Part shown: positions 12,456 through 24,919 of the stretch, piece after piece
Numbering within the stretch: the stretch's first letter is position 1
Layout of the letters: every line of letters begins with the position of its first letter
Assembly: GCA_010093705.1 (NCBI GenBank)
Contig: MU006091.1
Location: 806,001 to 870,000 of the forward strand
Direction of reading: 5' to 3'
DNA length: 64,000 nt
Source: Patellaria atrata CBS 101060
Lineage: Eukaryota
Position numbers and translations under genes: made by a program
The notes under the pieces: generated by a model
The model's database searches: none
The model's input: only the letters and a program-made list of their open reading frames with translations
What the model was told of the DNA's origin: nothing

Positions 12456-13641
12456 ATGTCTGGAAGGCCTTCGACGCCACCGCAACTTAATGCACCAAGC
12501 ACCCTTCCTCAACCTCCTCTGACACCAGAGCAGGTGAGAAAACTCGTAGGTAAATTGCCTTTGTAATAAAAGATCGGAGTACAAGCTAACAGCGTCTTCG
12601 TAATAGGAAATTGACCGCTTGAAAGCTAAAGCGCTCCGCAACCAGAATCCTCCACCTGCCGCCCAAACTACACCTTCTGGATTCTTGGCGGGTCAGAAAC
12701 GTCCACATTCCTCGATATCCTCCGCGCATTCGGCGAAGCCCAACCAGCGCGATGCCCGCCGACCTTCGCATTCTCCTCCCCAAGGCGCCGCTGCGCAGGC
12801 AAAAGATGACGGCATCAGACCGGCCAAGAAATTCGAAAAGTACATCGACTATGACTTCAGCAAGATGACAGACACGAAGGGTGGGTTTTTATCCTCAACC
12901 GACGATCCCTATAATAAAGCTCTCCATGCGCCCGAAAAAGGTGAACAAAGGCCGGCACACATGACGCTCGCAGAATGGGAACGGCATCAACTGCTTAAGA
13001 CTTTACGTGCGCAGCGTGCGGGGCCTTTCGAACCAGGTATATCAGCGTTCTCTACCGATGCTAAAAAGTGTCACGATTGCGGGAGCCTTGAGATAGATTT
13101 CAAATGGGACGATATATTCAACTGCCAGGTTTGTAATCTGTGCAAGGAGAAGTTCCCGGACAAATATAGTCTCTTGACCAAGACGGAAGCAAGAGAGGAC
13201 TACTTGCTCACCGATCCTGAATTAAAAGACGAAAAGCTTCTACCACACCTGGACCGCCCAAACCCACACAAGTCCACTTGGAATAACATGCAGCTGTACC
13301 TACGTTACCAGATTGAAGCTTACGCCTTCAGTGAGAGGAAATGGGGCAGTGCGGAAGCGTTAGACGCTGAGTTTGAGAGACGGCAAGCACAGACGAGGCA
13401 GAGAAAAGAGAAGAAGTTCAACGAGAAGCTAGAGGAGCTGAAAAAGAGAACGAGGGTAGAAGCGTATAGGAGGGCTAGGGCAAAGGGTGAGGATGGGCCG
13501 AAAGCCCAGTTTGGTGATCAGGTTGGGAGCAAAGGAAGGCACGAACACGAATGGGGCAGATCAGTTGAGGATCCGGAAACTGGCGTTAGCAAGAAAACCT
13601 GTGCGGAATGTGGAATGGAGGTTGAAGAAGTAGAGTTTTAA
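12456..13641 (+). CDS. RAD14: Nucleotide excision repair protein Rad14 (XPA homolog)
   Basis: YIDYDFSKMTDTKGGF, C4 Zn finger CHDC..CNLC, YSLLTKTEAREDYLLTDPEL and NPHKSTWNNMQLYLRYQ; one 5' intron ~12548-12606. Confidence 0.95.
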
Positions 13642-14565
13642 TGAGTATGATTCTGCAGGTAGACTCCCAGACTTGGCTGTATTAGTGGATTCTATAGCAG
13701 CTCAATTACTTAACCCTTGACGTCGTGACATTTGTATCTGAGCAGAAAAGTTATCTATTATGAGCGAGGTTTGGGTCTATCAGAGAGAGAGACCGCCCCC
13801 TGGCTTAAAGAGAGCTCGTCCGCCGTGCTTGGCACTCCCACTTTAGTCCCGTAGAATAGCCGCGGTTGATTCGGAGCGGAACCGGCGTAACTTCTCCACC
13901 GACCTTCAAATCCCAGTACTACCTAAAGGTCCTTACTAGTAAATATGGACAGCAGTGACGACTAATTGAGGTGAGCCGTGAGAGCGCGCTGTCCCGCAAG
14001 GTAGACACAACCTTTCGCTTACATTGCACTCACATACATTGGATTCCACTTCCGTATCATACTGTCATCAAACTCTCTCCATCTATTATATATGTCGCCC
14101 CCTTTGCTGTAAACGCAATGACTCAGCCTTGACGCGAGAGTGGAAATATCTTATCCATCAGATGCCCGCTTCGTTATCGTATACCCTCAACAACCTCAAC
14201 CGTCCCAAACCTTGTTCCACCGATTACTTTGCTTTTCCAACCCATTGGGCCTCTGTACTTGATCGAGGACAATTCAGAATATAATCGCGTGTGTCATAAG
14301 AGGGAGTTCTCACGCCGAAGAAGCCAGCCTTAGCCTCCAATATCCCCTCGATTCGTTAACATACACCTCTGCGCTTTTACTACCAACGGGTTCGATTTAC
14401 CTTCAACACATGCTTCAACCCGTGAAATACATTGTTTAAAGTGTAATCAAGATCTACTCAACGGAAGTCTCTTTTACAATCCCGCCTACAACTTGAAGAT
14501 TCTCTATAAAATACTCGCAGCGCGTCATATCTCATTTAATAGCTGGCCAGCCGGTGAGATTAGCA

Positions 14566-16891
14566 ATGTCAGGTCAATTATCATCGCGAAAAAGGCCCGC
14601 ACCTGGGACCTCTCCACTTGTGCAGCAACAACCGCAAGTACAAGTACAGAATGGGTTTGAGTTCCCAGCCGGAGCAGATAATACGATGCTTCCCGATGAT
14701 CAGATGTACTCCTGGAATGATTCGGGCGGATTAAATAACGTAACAAGTTCTTATGCTGAGGGACCTGTGTACGATGCGAATTCGTTTCCCGCCAACGTTG
14801 CCGCTCAAGGCACTACGCAACAACCACTGGTTTTTTCGAACCAACTGGTACGTCGAAACCAAAATAATCAAGTTGCGCGAGGTCATTTTACAAACCCGAG
14901 TGAATGGCAAGACACGAACAACCCGATTATCCCACAATCGGATTTTGACGAGGATGAGGAACAATTAGAGCAGAAGGCTTTAGAGGCTAAAAAAGAAGCT
15001 CAGCGAAAGCGCAAACAGATACCCCCGTTTGTGCAGAAACTTAGCAGGTAAGGACGAAAATCCCTGAATGATTGACAGAACTAACTCCATTTCTAGCTTT
15101 CTCGACGAGTCAAACAATACAGACCTGATACGCTGGTCCGATGATGGAAGATCATTCATAGTGCTCGACGAAGACGAATTCGCGAAGACCCTGATTCCAG
15201 AATTGTTCAAACACAATAATTATGCGTCGTTTGTTCGCCAATTGAATATGTATGGATTTCATAAGAAGGTCGGGCTATCGGATAATTCGATGAGAGCCAG
15301 CGAGAAGAAATCGAAGACCCCAAGTGAATACTGGAACAAATATTTCCGAAGAGGTAGACCGGAGCTACTATGGTTGATCCAGAAACCTAAGAATCCACCA
15401 TCAACAGCCAAGCGGAAAAGAGGGGAGGATGATAAGGGCAAAGGAGCAGCGGACAGTGATGAGGAAGGGAAGAAATATGGTCCCGACGGTGAAAATTCAT
15501 CAAGACCACAATTACCAAGTCTTACGGGGACTCAAGATATGGCTCTCATCCCTAGGTCTGAGATCCAAGGGCTACGTCAGGAATTACAGCAACTACAGAA
15601 TCAGCAAAGGTTCATCTCTGGTGTCATTCAAAACTTTCGCAGATCGAATGATCAACTGCGACAACAGACCATGGCATTTCAGAAAATGCATGAACGACAT
15701 GAATCGTCCATTAATGCAATTCTTACCTTTTTGGCAACGTTTTATAACCGCAGTCTTGAGGGCCAGGGTCAAAATATGCAGGATATGTTTGCTCATGTCA
15801 TGCCGCAAACAAATCAAACTCATGGCAGCGTCGTTGATGTTGGCGAAGACTTTCAAATGGACCCCCAGCAGGCTCAACCAGGGCGATACACGAAGAAACC
15901 GCTTGCTCTTCTTCCGGCTCCGGTAATAAAGGATGCAACTTTTCCACCTAGTCGTGTAATCAATTCCTCCCGACCGGCTTTGAACACCCAACAGAAGAGA
16001 ACTAGCCAACCGCGCGTTTTTTCCCAAAACCAAGGTAATGCCCAACCGAGCCGATTCACAGAGGTTTCTGCATCTCCAACTATTAAGGATGAAGTGGCTA
16101 CTCCTGATTCAACTAACTTACCCGAGACACCAACCATGATTGACGTACTGAACTCTGTGAACGCAAGCAATACACCCACCGGCCCCGCAGAGTTCGATTT
16201 CTCTTCCGCACTTTCCAATTATCAAAATGCCGACGGTAATACTCCCCTTCCCCTTACACCGCAACAGCGTGATGATATGCTTTCCCTGATGGTAGCGAAT
16301 ACGCCCGGTAATGGTGATAACCCCTTATCAGCTTCAGCTACCGCGCCACAGCTCCCGTCCTTAGAACAATTTGACAATTCGCAAGAGCAACTTGATATGC
16401 TCCAGAAACTTCAGGAGCAGCAGGCAAGCAAGGTGCAACACCTAGCTGATAGACTCCAACCATTAAGCCCTACGGGTAGTATTCCGGGATTAGAAATGGG
16501 GAACTTCGTGGGTGATCCAGGCCAGTTCGATCTTAATAGCTTCATTAACTCAGACGACTATTTTCCGGACCAAGGGATCGGTGATACCGCCGATACTACA
16601 AATATTGGCGATAGTCTGGCTGATCATAGTAATGGCAACGGAAACCTCAATCTTGACCTTAATTGGGATTTGCCTAGCGGTACTAACCCCAGGAACCTAG
16701 ATCAGGGGTATAGCAACCAAACTTTCGACAATACTTTCGAGGATGGGTTGCTCATGCCTAGTGCTGCCGATGGTGGGGGAAGAGTGGAAAGCGTGAGCTC
16801 TGAAGCTACGAGCCCTGCAAATACTCTTGGTGGGGATGAGGATCTAGGGAGGGAAGCTGCAAGCCCTAGGAAGCGGCTACGGAGGGGGTGA
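14566..16891 (+). CDS. HSF1: Heat shock transcription factor
   Basis: HSF DNA-binding domain IPPFVQKL|SFLDES..LIRWSDDGRSF..FKHNNYASFVRQLNMYGFHK split by an intron ~15048-15096; heptad-repeat region follows. Confidence 0.93.
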
Positions 16892-17759
16892 TGATGAAGA
16901 AGGGCTCTTGAGATAAATAGTGGTTAAGGATGGGGTTTGGTAGGCAACGCTGTAGGGCGGGATAGAATCAGGTGAGGGCGATCTTACGATGTCATGTCCA
17001 ACGAGGTTCATTTGTTTTCGTCTCCACATACCCACCGGATATATGGCGTTCGATTTCGGAAGGCAACAAAAGAGAAAAATGCGAAGGTTCTGTGTCTATA
17101 ATATGGTCTGTCTGGCCGCCCAAATACCACATATCTATAGACTACAAATGGAGATCTTTCTCTATTATGCAGGTTGTATATCAATCATTTGTACTCATGA
17201 TTAGAAATGACAGACATAGAGCTCTCACCACTAACTGGTAATCACACTATGCTAACTTCTCTTATAATTCCCTTCTACCAATAAATCACACCCATAATCA
17301 AATAATTTCACAATGTTTCCAGACACTGTTTCCTAGACGTTGCAAGGATATAGAGTTGTATATGTAGTTCAAAAATTGTGAGGATATTCATAACGTGTAC
17401 TCATTGGTCGGCTTTGCTCGAGTCTGTCATCCCTCGATCTCCAGAGCCTCTTTTTCTAATGAATGGCATCAAACATCACACGCTAAGGGAGAATAACTTG
17501 TATGACGACTAACTGTGTTATGATTTATTGTGTGAAGACTAAATACTATTACGTGAACACAGAAATATGTACGTCTAAATTATACCAAGTTCATACTCCT
17601 CCATAAGTTGAAGGTAATTCTCGCAGCTTCAAAATATATCACTAAAAATTGAACGAACATCGTAAGGTAGCCTTTTATGAGATGTAGAATTTTAAGCATG
17701 ACCCCAAAAGAAAGAGTAAGAACCAATCAATCATAGAAGAAAACACTAAAACATGAAAA

Positions 17760-17952
17760 AAGAAAAAAAGAAAAGAAAAGAAAAGCAAAACAGTTCCTAC
17801 GCCTTCCGTAGAAGGCGTAGTACATCTGCTACCCTAACTGGGGTCCGAGATATTAGGGCAATTTGCCCCCTCGAGGAGTCGAATCCAGGACCTGTTGGTG
17901 TAGTTGGCCCGACAGATGTGGTGGGAGTATCCCACCACTAGGCCACAGATCC
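17760..17952 (-). other. tRNA-derived, hairpin-rich element (candidate SINE or Pol III ncRNA)
   Basis: Minus strand: GGATCTG then A-box TGGCCTAGTGG (17945-17935), B-box-like GATTCGACTCC (17885-17875), three perfect inverted repeats and a (CTTTT)n T-rich tail; no intact cloverleaf. Confidence 0.5.
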
Positions 17953-18721
17953 TGGGTTATGGAAAGAAGACACGAATTGTTTGTCCATAACCTGAATGGG
18001 GAAAGAACGTGCTGGACAACTGAAAACAACTTCATGAGGGATGGACAGACCCCTAAACTACCATCCCATCGAGAGAAAGCTTACATATGGATGCATGCTC
18101 CTTCTTATAGTCGTTTAAAGTCACCTTTGAAACTAGGGATACATCCTGTTGTTTCCGGATCTTCCTCCATTACTTCGTCATCAAAGGAGAGTCCGTATTT
18201 GGCAGACACAGCCCTACGCGTTTTAGCATGTAATCATTTATGTGATTACTTACTACTTATCTGAGATTGAGCGCGCTGGGTCTAGAGGCGGATACTTCTT
18301 AAGAGCTGAACAAGAAGCGTGAGGAAGAACTCCTAGGACTAACCCTTTAGGAAAACTTGTTATACGAGAGTGGTGTGGGTTAGTTCGTCTGAGGAAATGG
18401 TAGAGATTCCAAAAAGATATTTATCACGAATGGATAATTGCAAACTTTAGGTTCGAAAAAAACATTACGATTATGCCTCTATCTAACAAATGAATGTACT
18501 TTTCAAACGAATGGTGAGTCCTCTACTTCCTCCCCACTATCCGAGCCTCAGTCCTCAACCCATCCTTCTATGAAAAAACATAACCGACCCATGCATAAAC
18601 CGACCAAATACACAAAGCTTTACGCTCGTACTGTGCTAAACAGAAGCTCAGCAGTTCCAAATCCCTCTCGAACCCTTGCGACGGTATCTTGCGTACGGAG
18701 TAGTCATCACGAAACCTTAGA

Positions 18722-19253
18722 CTACGGTGAAGTCGTCGTCGTTACGGTCTCAGTGCCGGTTGCGGTGGTGCTAGCATCGGAGGTAGCAGTTACGGTGACC
18801 GTGACGGCTTCCGTTTCGGAGGAGCTGCTCGAAATGTCGGTAGGTGCCGTGGAGGTCATAGTAATAGTGACGATCGGACTGGATGTCTTACAGTGAAATG
18901 TCAGTGGCAGAGCTGAAACCCGACGAGATCACTACAGTAGAAGTAATGACCCTGATGGAGGTGGTGCTCACTGTTGTGGTTGCCGTGGTGCTCGTCGTGA
19001 AAGTTGAAGAGGTTAGTCCAAGCTCGCACGGGATACATATGGAGGAAGAGGAGGACGACGACACGGTTGGAGCGGGCTAGGGAAATCGTCAGCAAGCTAT
19101 CAAGATCGTAATGACAATAGAAACTTTAAGAGCCGTCCAAAAGCGAGATGATTGATAACTTACGGCATTGAAACCGGGAGGAGTAGGGTACGCGGGATAG
19201 GCTGGATAGGTGGGATAAGGGGGGAAGGCGGTAACTTGAGGATGAGGAGCCAT
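18722..19253 (-). CDS. Pro/Tyr- then Ser/Thr-rich low-complexity protein; frame broken at ~18890 (extra intron or pseudogene)
   Basis: Exon 1 19253-19164 MAPHPQVTAFPPYPTYPAYPAYPTPPGFNA, intron 19163-19077, Thr/Ser-rich exon stops at TAA 18890-18888, and Thr-rich coding resumes in a shifted frame to TAG 18724-18722. Confidence 0.55.
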
Positions 19254-20598
19254 TGTGAAAGATTGTCTTTAAAGTATACAATTGCTGGCAGTCTCGGTTA
19301 CCCTCTCCCGTTCCTGGTTTCAAGTTTTTGGAATGATTTTGACGAAGACAAAGTTGAGAACAAAGGTAAAAGGAGAAGGGGAAAGAAACAGCTTCATATA
19401 AACAACAGCGTCAGACGCAGGATAGCCTGGAACAGCTAACGTCATGATATTGGTATTTGAGAACAGCACGGACTTCATCTCAAAGGTGATTGCATCTCGA
19501 GATGGTTGGGGATGCTACTGGCCCTATGAGGTCTAGGCAGAAGATTGGACAGGAATCAAGTGGATATCATATACGACATATCCCCTCTATTTACTGTAGT
19601 CTAAGGAGACAACAGAAAGAGTGCTTATTGGAACAGTGTATAACGGAAAAAAAAGGTATAGTCAAGAGAGACTCAGATATCGATGCAGGTACAGCGCTAG
19701 GCTTTTTTAAGTTTACTTTGTACGTCCATACCCGGTGGATCAATTTACGAATTGAGTCGTAGTGACGGATAGTGGCCGATAGTGGCCGTAGTGGGGACAC
19801 GGCGGGTAAGTTTGATTCAACTTCTGTTCATTCGCCCTGACGCCGCTTGTCAGTTCTAGTCGGATGATACCAACTCGTTGCCGTCGTGATGAGCAAGAAA
19901 CACGGTTCTAGCACGCATCATTTTAGGAGTCTCACCTTATCCTCGATCCACCCTCCGTTATAGACATTTCGTGGTAAGCTACTGTACCTCTACTTTAGAA
20001 TCTGTGTCCCAGGCTTTTCTCGGACGATCAACGCGCATCGAAACCTTCTCTTCACCTCATCGTTGACATTTTCCAGCATCCGTAAGGTACTTTCTCCTTA
20101 CTAGCTACCCCCTTCTCTTTATCAGTGCTCCGGCACTCATGTGATTTTTAATTTAGCTTGGATATCCACGAGCTGGTTTTCTACTTTAGCCCTATCGTGT
20201 TGTTGAATCCGAATAGAGGAAAATGTCCACTTATCGCACATCCATAAGATATCTGAATCTCTTCCCAGCCTCCCTAGTCCCCACTCGCGCTATTTTGTCG
20301 AATCACATATTGTGATAATGGATGGCGCCACCTTTTCGTCAAATCTAAAGACTGAACGAAATATGCTCTTGTATAATACAGTTACGTCAATTGGGTGGGT
20401 TGTGAACAGAACTAACACTGGACTAGATAGTGGTAATTGCAAGATGAGCATTATTTTGTAGTTAGTGTTACATATTCGAAGAGAATTTTTCTGCTTGAAT
20501 CCTGCAAAAGTGTTCGCGTCAACGCCTAGCGCTATGCAATAATCAAACACCCAAACTTCCCCGATAAATGATAATACGATGCTGTGATGTTGAGGAGC

Positions 20599-23500
20599 TT
20601 AGGTCGAGTCACTCTCATTACTTCCGCTAAAAGCATCTTTCATGGGAATATCGGCATCATTCTCAAGGGCCTCTTCATCTTCGTCATCGTCTTCGATAAC
20701 GCGTGTGGTCTTCTTACGTGGTTGCGAGACCGGCCCCCCTTCCTCATCCTCATCGGCCATAGATTCTTCAGCCCCGCTCCCAGGAGTATTGATCTTGGCA
20801 GCCAATCCTTCGTTCCCGTTCATCTGCGCGAGTGCTTCATCATCTTCATCGCTATCCACGATACGTTCACTAGATTTGTATTTGCTCGATGTCTTGGACT
20901 TCCGTTCGAGCTTCCTCTTCTTCTTTTGGCGAGGTCTTTCGTCCCCAGACGATGCAGGCGTAGCAGACGCAGCCGTCGATCTGCGTTTACTACCTCCGTC
21001 TGATACTTCCCCATCTGTCTCATCCTCTTCTCCGCCAGTCTTCTTCTTTCGTTTGGCACCTCCCTTCTTCTTTACCCTCTTTCTCCTCTCGCCTGTCTCG
21101 GAATCGGTCGTCATCTCAGCCTCTTCCCTCCGTCTCTCTTCTTCTGCCCGTAGCTCAGCTAATTCGCGATCCTTTTCTTGCATCTTTTGACGTTCCTCTG
21201 CAATCTTCCGCTTCTGCTCATTTGCAGCTTCCTCGGCTTGTCTCCGCGCTTCCTCACGTTTCCTAATCTCGGCTTCACGAGCTTCTCGTGCTTGTTGTAG
21301 ACGGGCCGCGTGCTTTTGTTCATATTCCCGTTGGTTTTGAACAGCACGTTCGAGCTGTTTTCGCATGGTATTACGACCCATATTAGCACGCTGTTCAATG
21401 TCACCTCTTGGGAAAGGAGGGTTGGGTGACTTCGCAATGGCGCTGAACGATTCGATGGCTTGGTCCAGACCTAACGCAGCAGTTTCGACTTCTTCAAGTG
21501 TTCGTTGCGAATCTGGAAGTGTGTAGATTAGTTGTGCTATTTGGATCTGTACAAATGCAACGTTGAATTTAAAGTGGATCTGTTCAGGTGCAACCTCAAG
21601 AGCCTGTCAGGAGAAATTAGTAATGCCTTATATCACATCACACGTAGACACGTACCCTTTGAGAGTACTCCAGTGAAGTCTTCATTGCCTGTACACTCTT
21701 TTCCTGTTTGCCTTTCATAAGCCACACACGGCCTAGACATGCTAGGACTTGAGGATCTCTTGCTCTATCTTTCGCTAGCGCAGTTTCATACTGTCCATAG
21801 TTAGTTTCCATTATAAAGGAATAGTCAAAGTCGTGATACTCACATTCTCAATAGCTCGAGAGTACTGTTTCAGCTCGCAAAAGGCATGACCAAGGTTCAC
21901 AAAGACGCTCGCATCCTTCATCGTCTCTCGGACCTTGAGAAAGATTTGAACCGCAGTACCGAAGTCTTTCTTATCCTCAACGAGAGCAATTCCGATTCCC
22001 TGCGCCGCGTACGCGTTGCGCGGATCTAGTTGAAGAGCTTTGTCGAAGAACTCAACCGCTTTCTCGTACATCTTTCGACGCTTTTCCTTCTCTTGGTCGG
22101 TTTCTCTGCGCATCTCACGAGCAATGGATAGATAAATGTTACCCATACCTGTTAGGGAGTACCTGTCGTGCTTGTCAAACTGCTGTAAAGTGTGCTTATA
22201 ATGTCTCTGTTCTTGATCTTCGGCAAAATTGGAGGTCCGCTTTTTCGCTTTGCTCAAGTACCAACCGTATAATGATCGTACTTCCAGATTAGCAGCTTCA
22301 TTTTGGAACAACTTTGAGATAGCTTTCGGACCTTCATCTGTAGGACTTTGTCGGAGAGCAATATATGTCAAACGTGTATTGGCATCTGTATAGTCTTGAT
22401 GTCGTTCCAAAAGTCCTTCATAAACTTTCTTCGCTTCATCAAGTAGACCTTCAGCTTCATAAGTGCGAGCGAGGTTGTAACTGATAGTGGTGACGAGTGC
22501 GTCTGAATCGGCATCGGGATTTTTCTGCCCAATGTTGATACATGCATTCAAAGCGGTCTGGAATAATTCTCGAGCGAGCGGGTACTTCTCTGCCTGGTAA
22601 TGGAAGCATCCCATGTTGTTAGTTAACTCCGGTGGCAACATTGTCCGCAGTGCATTCTTTAGGGCAACCGGATCATCTATGTCGTCAGGTTTGTCTTCCT
22701 CGGGTATCCCTTCCATTTCTATTTCCTCTACTTGTTGCAGGCACTGTAGACTCTTATCCGGATGCTCAACTTCGTACAACCTTGCTAGATTCAGTAACAC
22801 TGCAGAGTCAGGAGATGCACGCCGTTTCGGATCCTTCCACGCTAAGCGTACAGATTCGAGCAGTGAGATAGCTTTCTTAGCTTCTGCTGACTTGTCCTCT
22901 TTGATGTTTGCGGTTTGTGATGAGAAGACATCCTCTGCATACAGAGTCCCAAGCAGTGTCATTGCCTCTGTACTCTTAGATTGCTGAATTATCTTTTCCA
23001 AGCGGAATTTCGCTCCATCGTAGTCTTGAGTCAATGCTTTTATCTGAGCAATCCCAAATTTCGCGGGGAGGTAGCCTCGCTCATCACCACCACGTGCTTG
23101 GTCAGCTTTAAGATAGTATTCGCTTGCTTTGTCAATATCATCTTCAAAATGTTCTTTCCTCGCAAGTAAGTACCATCCATCACTTGCGATTGCGTTAACA
23201 TCGGTCAATTCAATCGCTCGACGAGCGAGACGTTCCACTTGCTGTGTCTGTTTCCGGGTTAGGAAGTAGCTAGCGAAGGTTGAACAAGTCAATGGAAGCT
23301 TGTCATCTAATTTGAACGACTTCTGTGTATACTGCATGATAGCTTTTCGGTAGGTTGCCGCAAAGTTCGGATCTGTAGGCACGAATTGTGAGCTACTGTT
23401 GAGATGGTAGAGTCCAAGAAGGATATTCGCTATCTTCGAATCCGGATTCTATGAAGACGTCATGTTAGCGCACGGTAAGTCAATATTTTCTTTTCTTAGG

Positions 23501-24448
23501 AGACGGGGAGGAACTAATTACCAATTCAAGAGATCGCTCCCATGCCGTTTTTGCATCGTCTTTATGTCCAAGTTGCCAGAAACAGCACCCAATACCGATA
23601 CGAGGATCTGGATCTATGAGCTCAGGTGAGCGTTCCATGACAGCCTGATAACATTGCAACGCCTCCGCATACTTTCCCAAGGAATATTGCACTCGTGCTT
23701 TTCCAAGGACTGCCATCAAATTGCGGCCCCCAGAAGCTCGAAGTGCATCATCAAAGCATTTCGATGCCTGCCTAAGAGTATCAATGCGTTCCGGGTTATC
23801 CTGCGACCCGGAGCCGGGTTTTGTCGGCGGTTGCAAAGAGGCGCGCAGGAGGTAGAGTACGCCACGGGCAAGGAACAACGGGGGATATGAAGGACTAATT
23901 CGAGATGCTTCATTCAATGTGCCGGTAGCCGATTGTATGTAGTAGTCCTTAGTCCTTGCTTCGGAGGCCAACTGACCCTCTATCCATTCTCAGTTCACCA
24001 TACAAGGTAATGGGAATGCTTCGACAGCGAACCGATGCCTGAACTCACCTGGTTTTACGCGAGGTGCCTCTCTGCACTTCCAAAGGTACAGCCAGCAAAG
24101 ACAACTCAATATGCTGAGTTTATCATCAGACCTGCCCCTGCTCAATGCGGCCAAGCTCTTCGTCATGATATCGATTGCATGTTCAACTTTCTTCTGCTTC
24201 GCGTACGCAAGCGCGATCATCATCCAATACTTTTTCTCAACATTCTCGTTCTCAAGTAGTGTGCACAGCTCCGTAGGGTCATCCAAGAGCTCCAAAAGGT
24301 CAACTTCCACCACTTCCCCATCGTCGCCAACTCCCACTGGGACATCCACAGCGTCGGGCACATCCGTGAAGCGAAGAGACCCTACGCCATTTTCATTACT
24401 ATTGTGACCATTCATGCCGTTGGTAAGTCCGTTTTGGACGGCGGCCAT
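20599..24448 (-). CDS. CTR9: Paf1 complex TPR subunit Ctr9, multi-exon
   Basis: Long TPR array (LDDPTELCTLLENE, PDPRIGIGCCFWQLG, KALQLDPRNAYAAQGIGIAL) and a charged tail with KYKSSERIVDSD. Confidence 0.95.
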
Positions 24449-24919
24449 ATTTAGAGAAATCGAGTTTGCAAGGGCGGATGGTTTCGCGGCGAGAGGATTC
24501 AAGTGTCTTGATAAATCGTTGTTTACGGCGCCATCAGATTTCGCTGCACTAGGTGCACGTATTCTAAGCTGGGGGTGAAGAAATTAAGAGGATGGGAAGT
24601 AATTAACTGAAGCGTACGGGAGATAGTACAGGTCCTTAGGTGAAGGTCGCGCAACAAAAGAATCTCAAGATGGAATGCAGGTTGGTGCCAAGAGTCCCCG
24701 TTGTTCTACCTTATTAGCTCTGCCCTGCGGCTCTGCGACTTCTGCAGCTCCAGGGGGTACCACCGAGCGCAACCCAGGAACTGCTACCTTAACAATTTGA
24801 GCATGGATTCACCAATCTACAGGATATAATATCGAGGGCGGATGTAGCATTGGGATTTCACCAGCTTAGAGGGCCTGTCATCTACACTCTCCTTGCTTTG
24901 GGCAGTCGTCCTACAAAAA

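Noticed and set aside
17831..17838. Telomerase RNA template (ACCCTAAC)
   Set aside because: Only 8 nt, with no U-rich/A-rich pseudoknot nearby; expected by chance
17845..17890. HDV-like ribozyme (minus strand TCCTCG...GGGCAA..TTGCC-C-TAA)
   Set aside because: The ~12 nt (P3' and P1') needed between the L3-like TCCTCG and the GG/P4 are missing, and P2 does not pair convincingly
17860..17952. Functional tRNA gene
   Set aside because: A- and B-box-like motifs are present, but there is no complementary 3' acceptor strand, no paired T-stem and no anticodon arm
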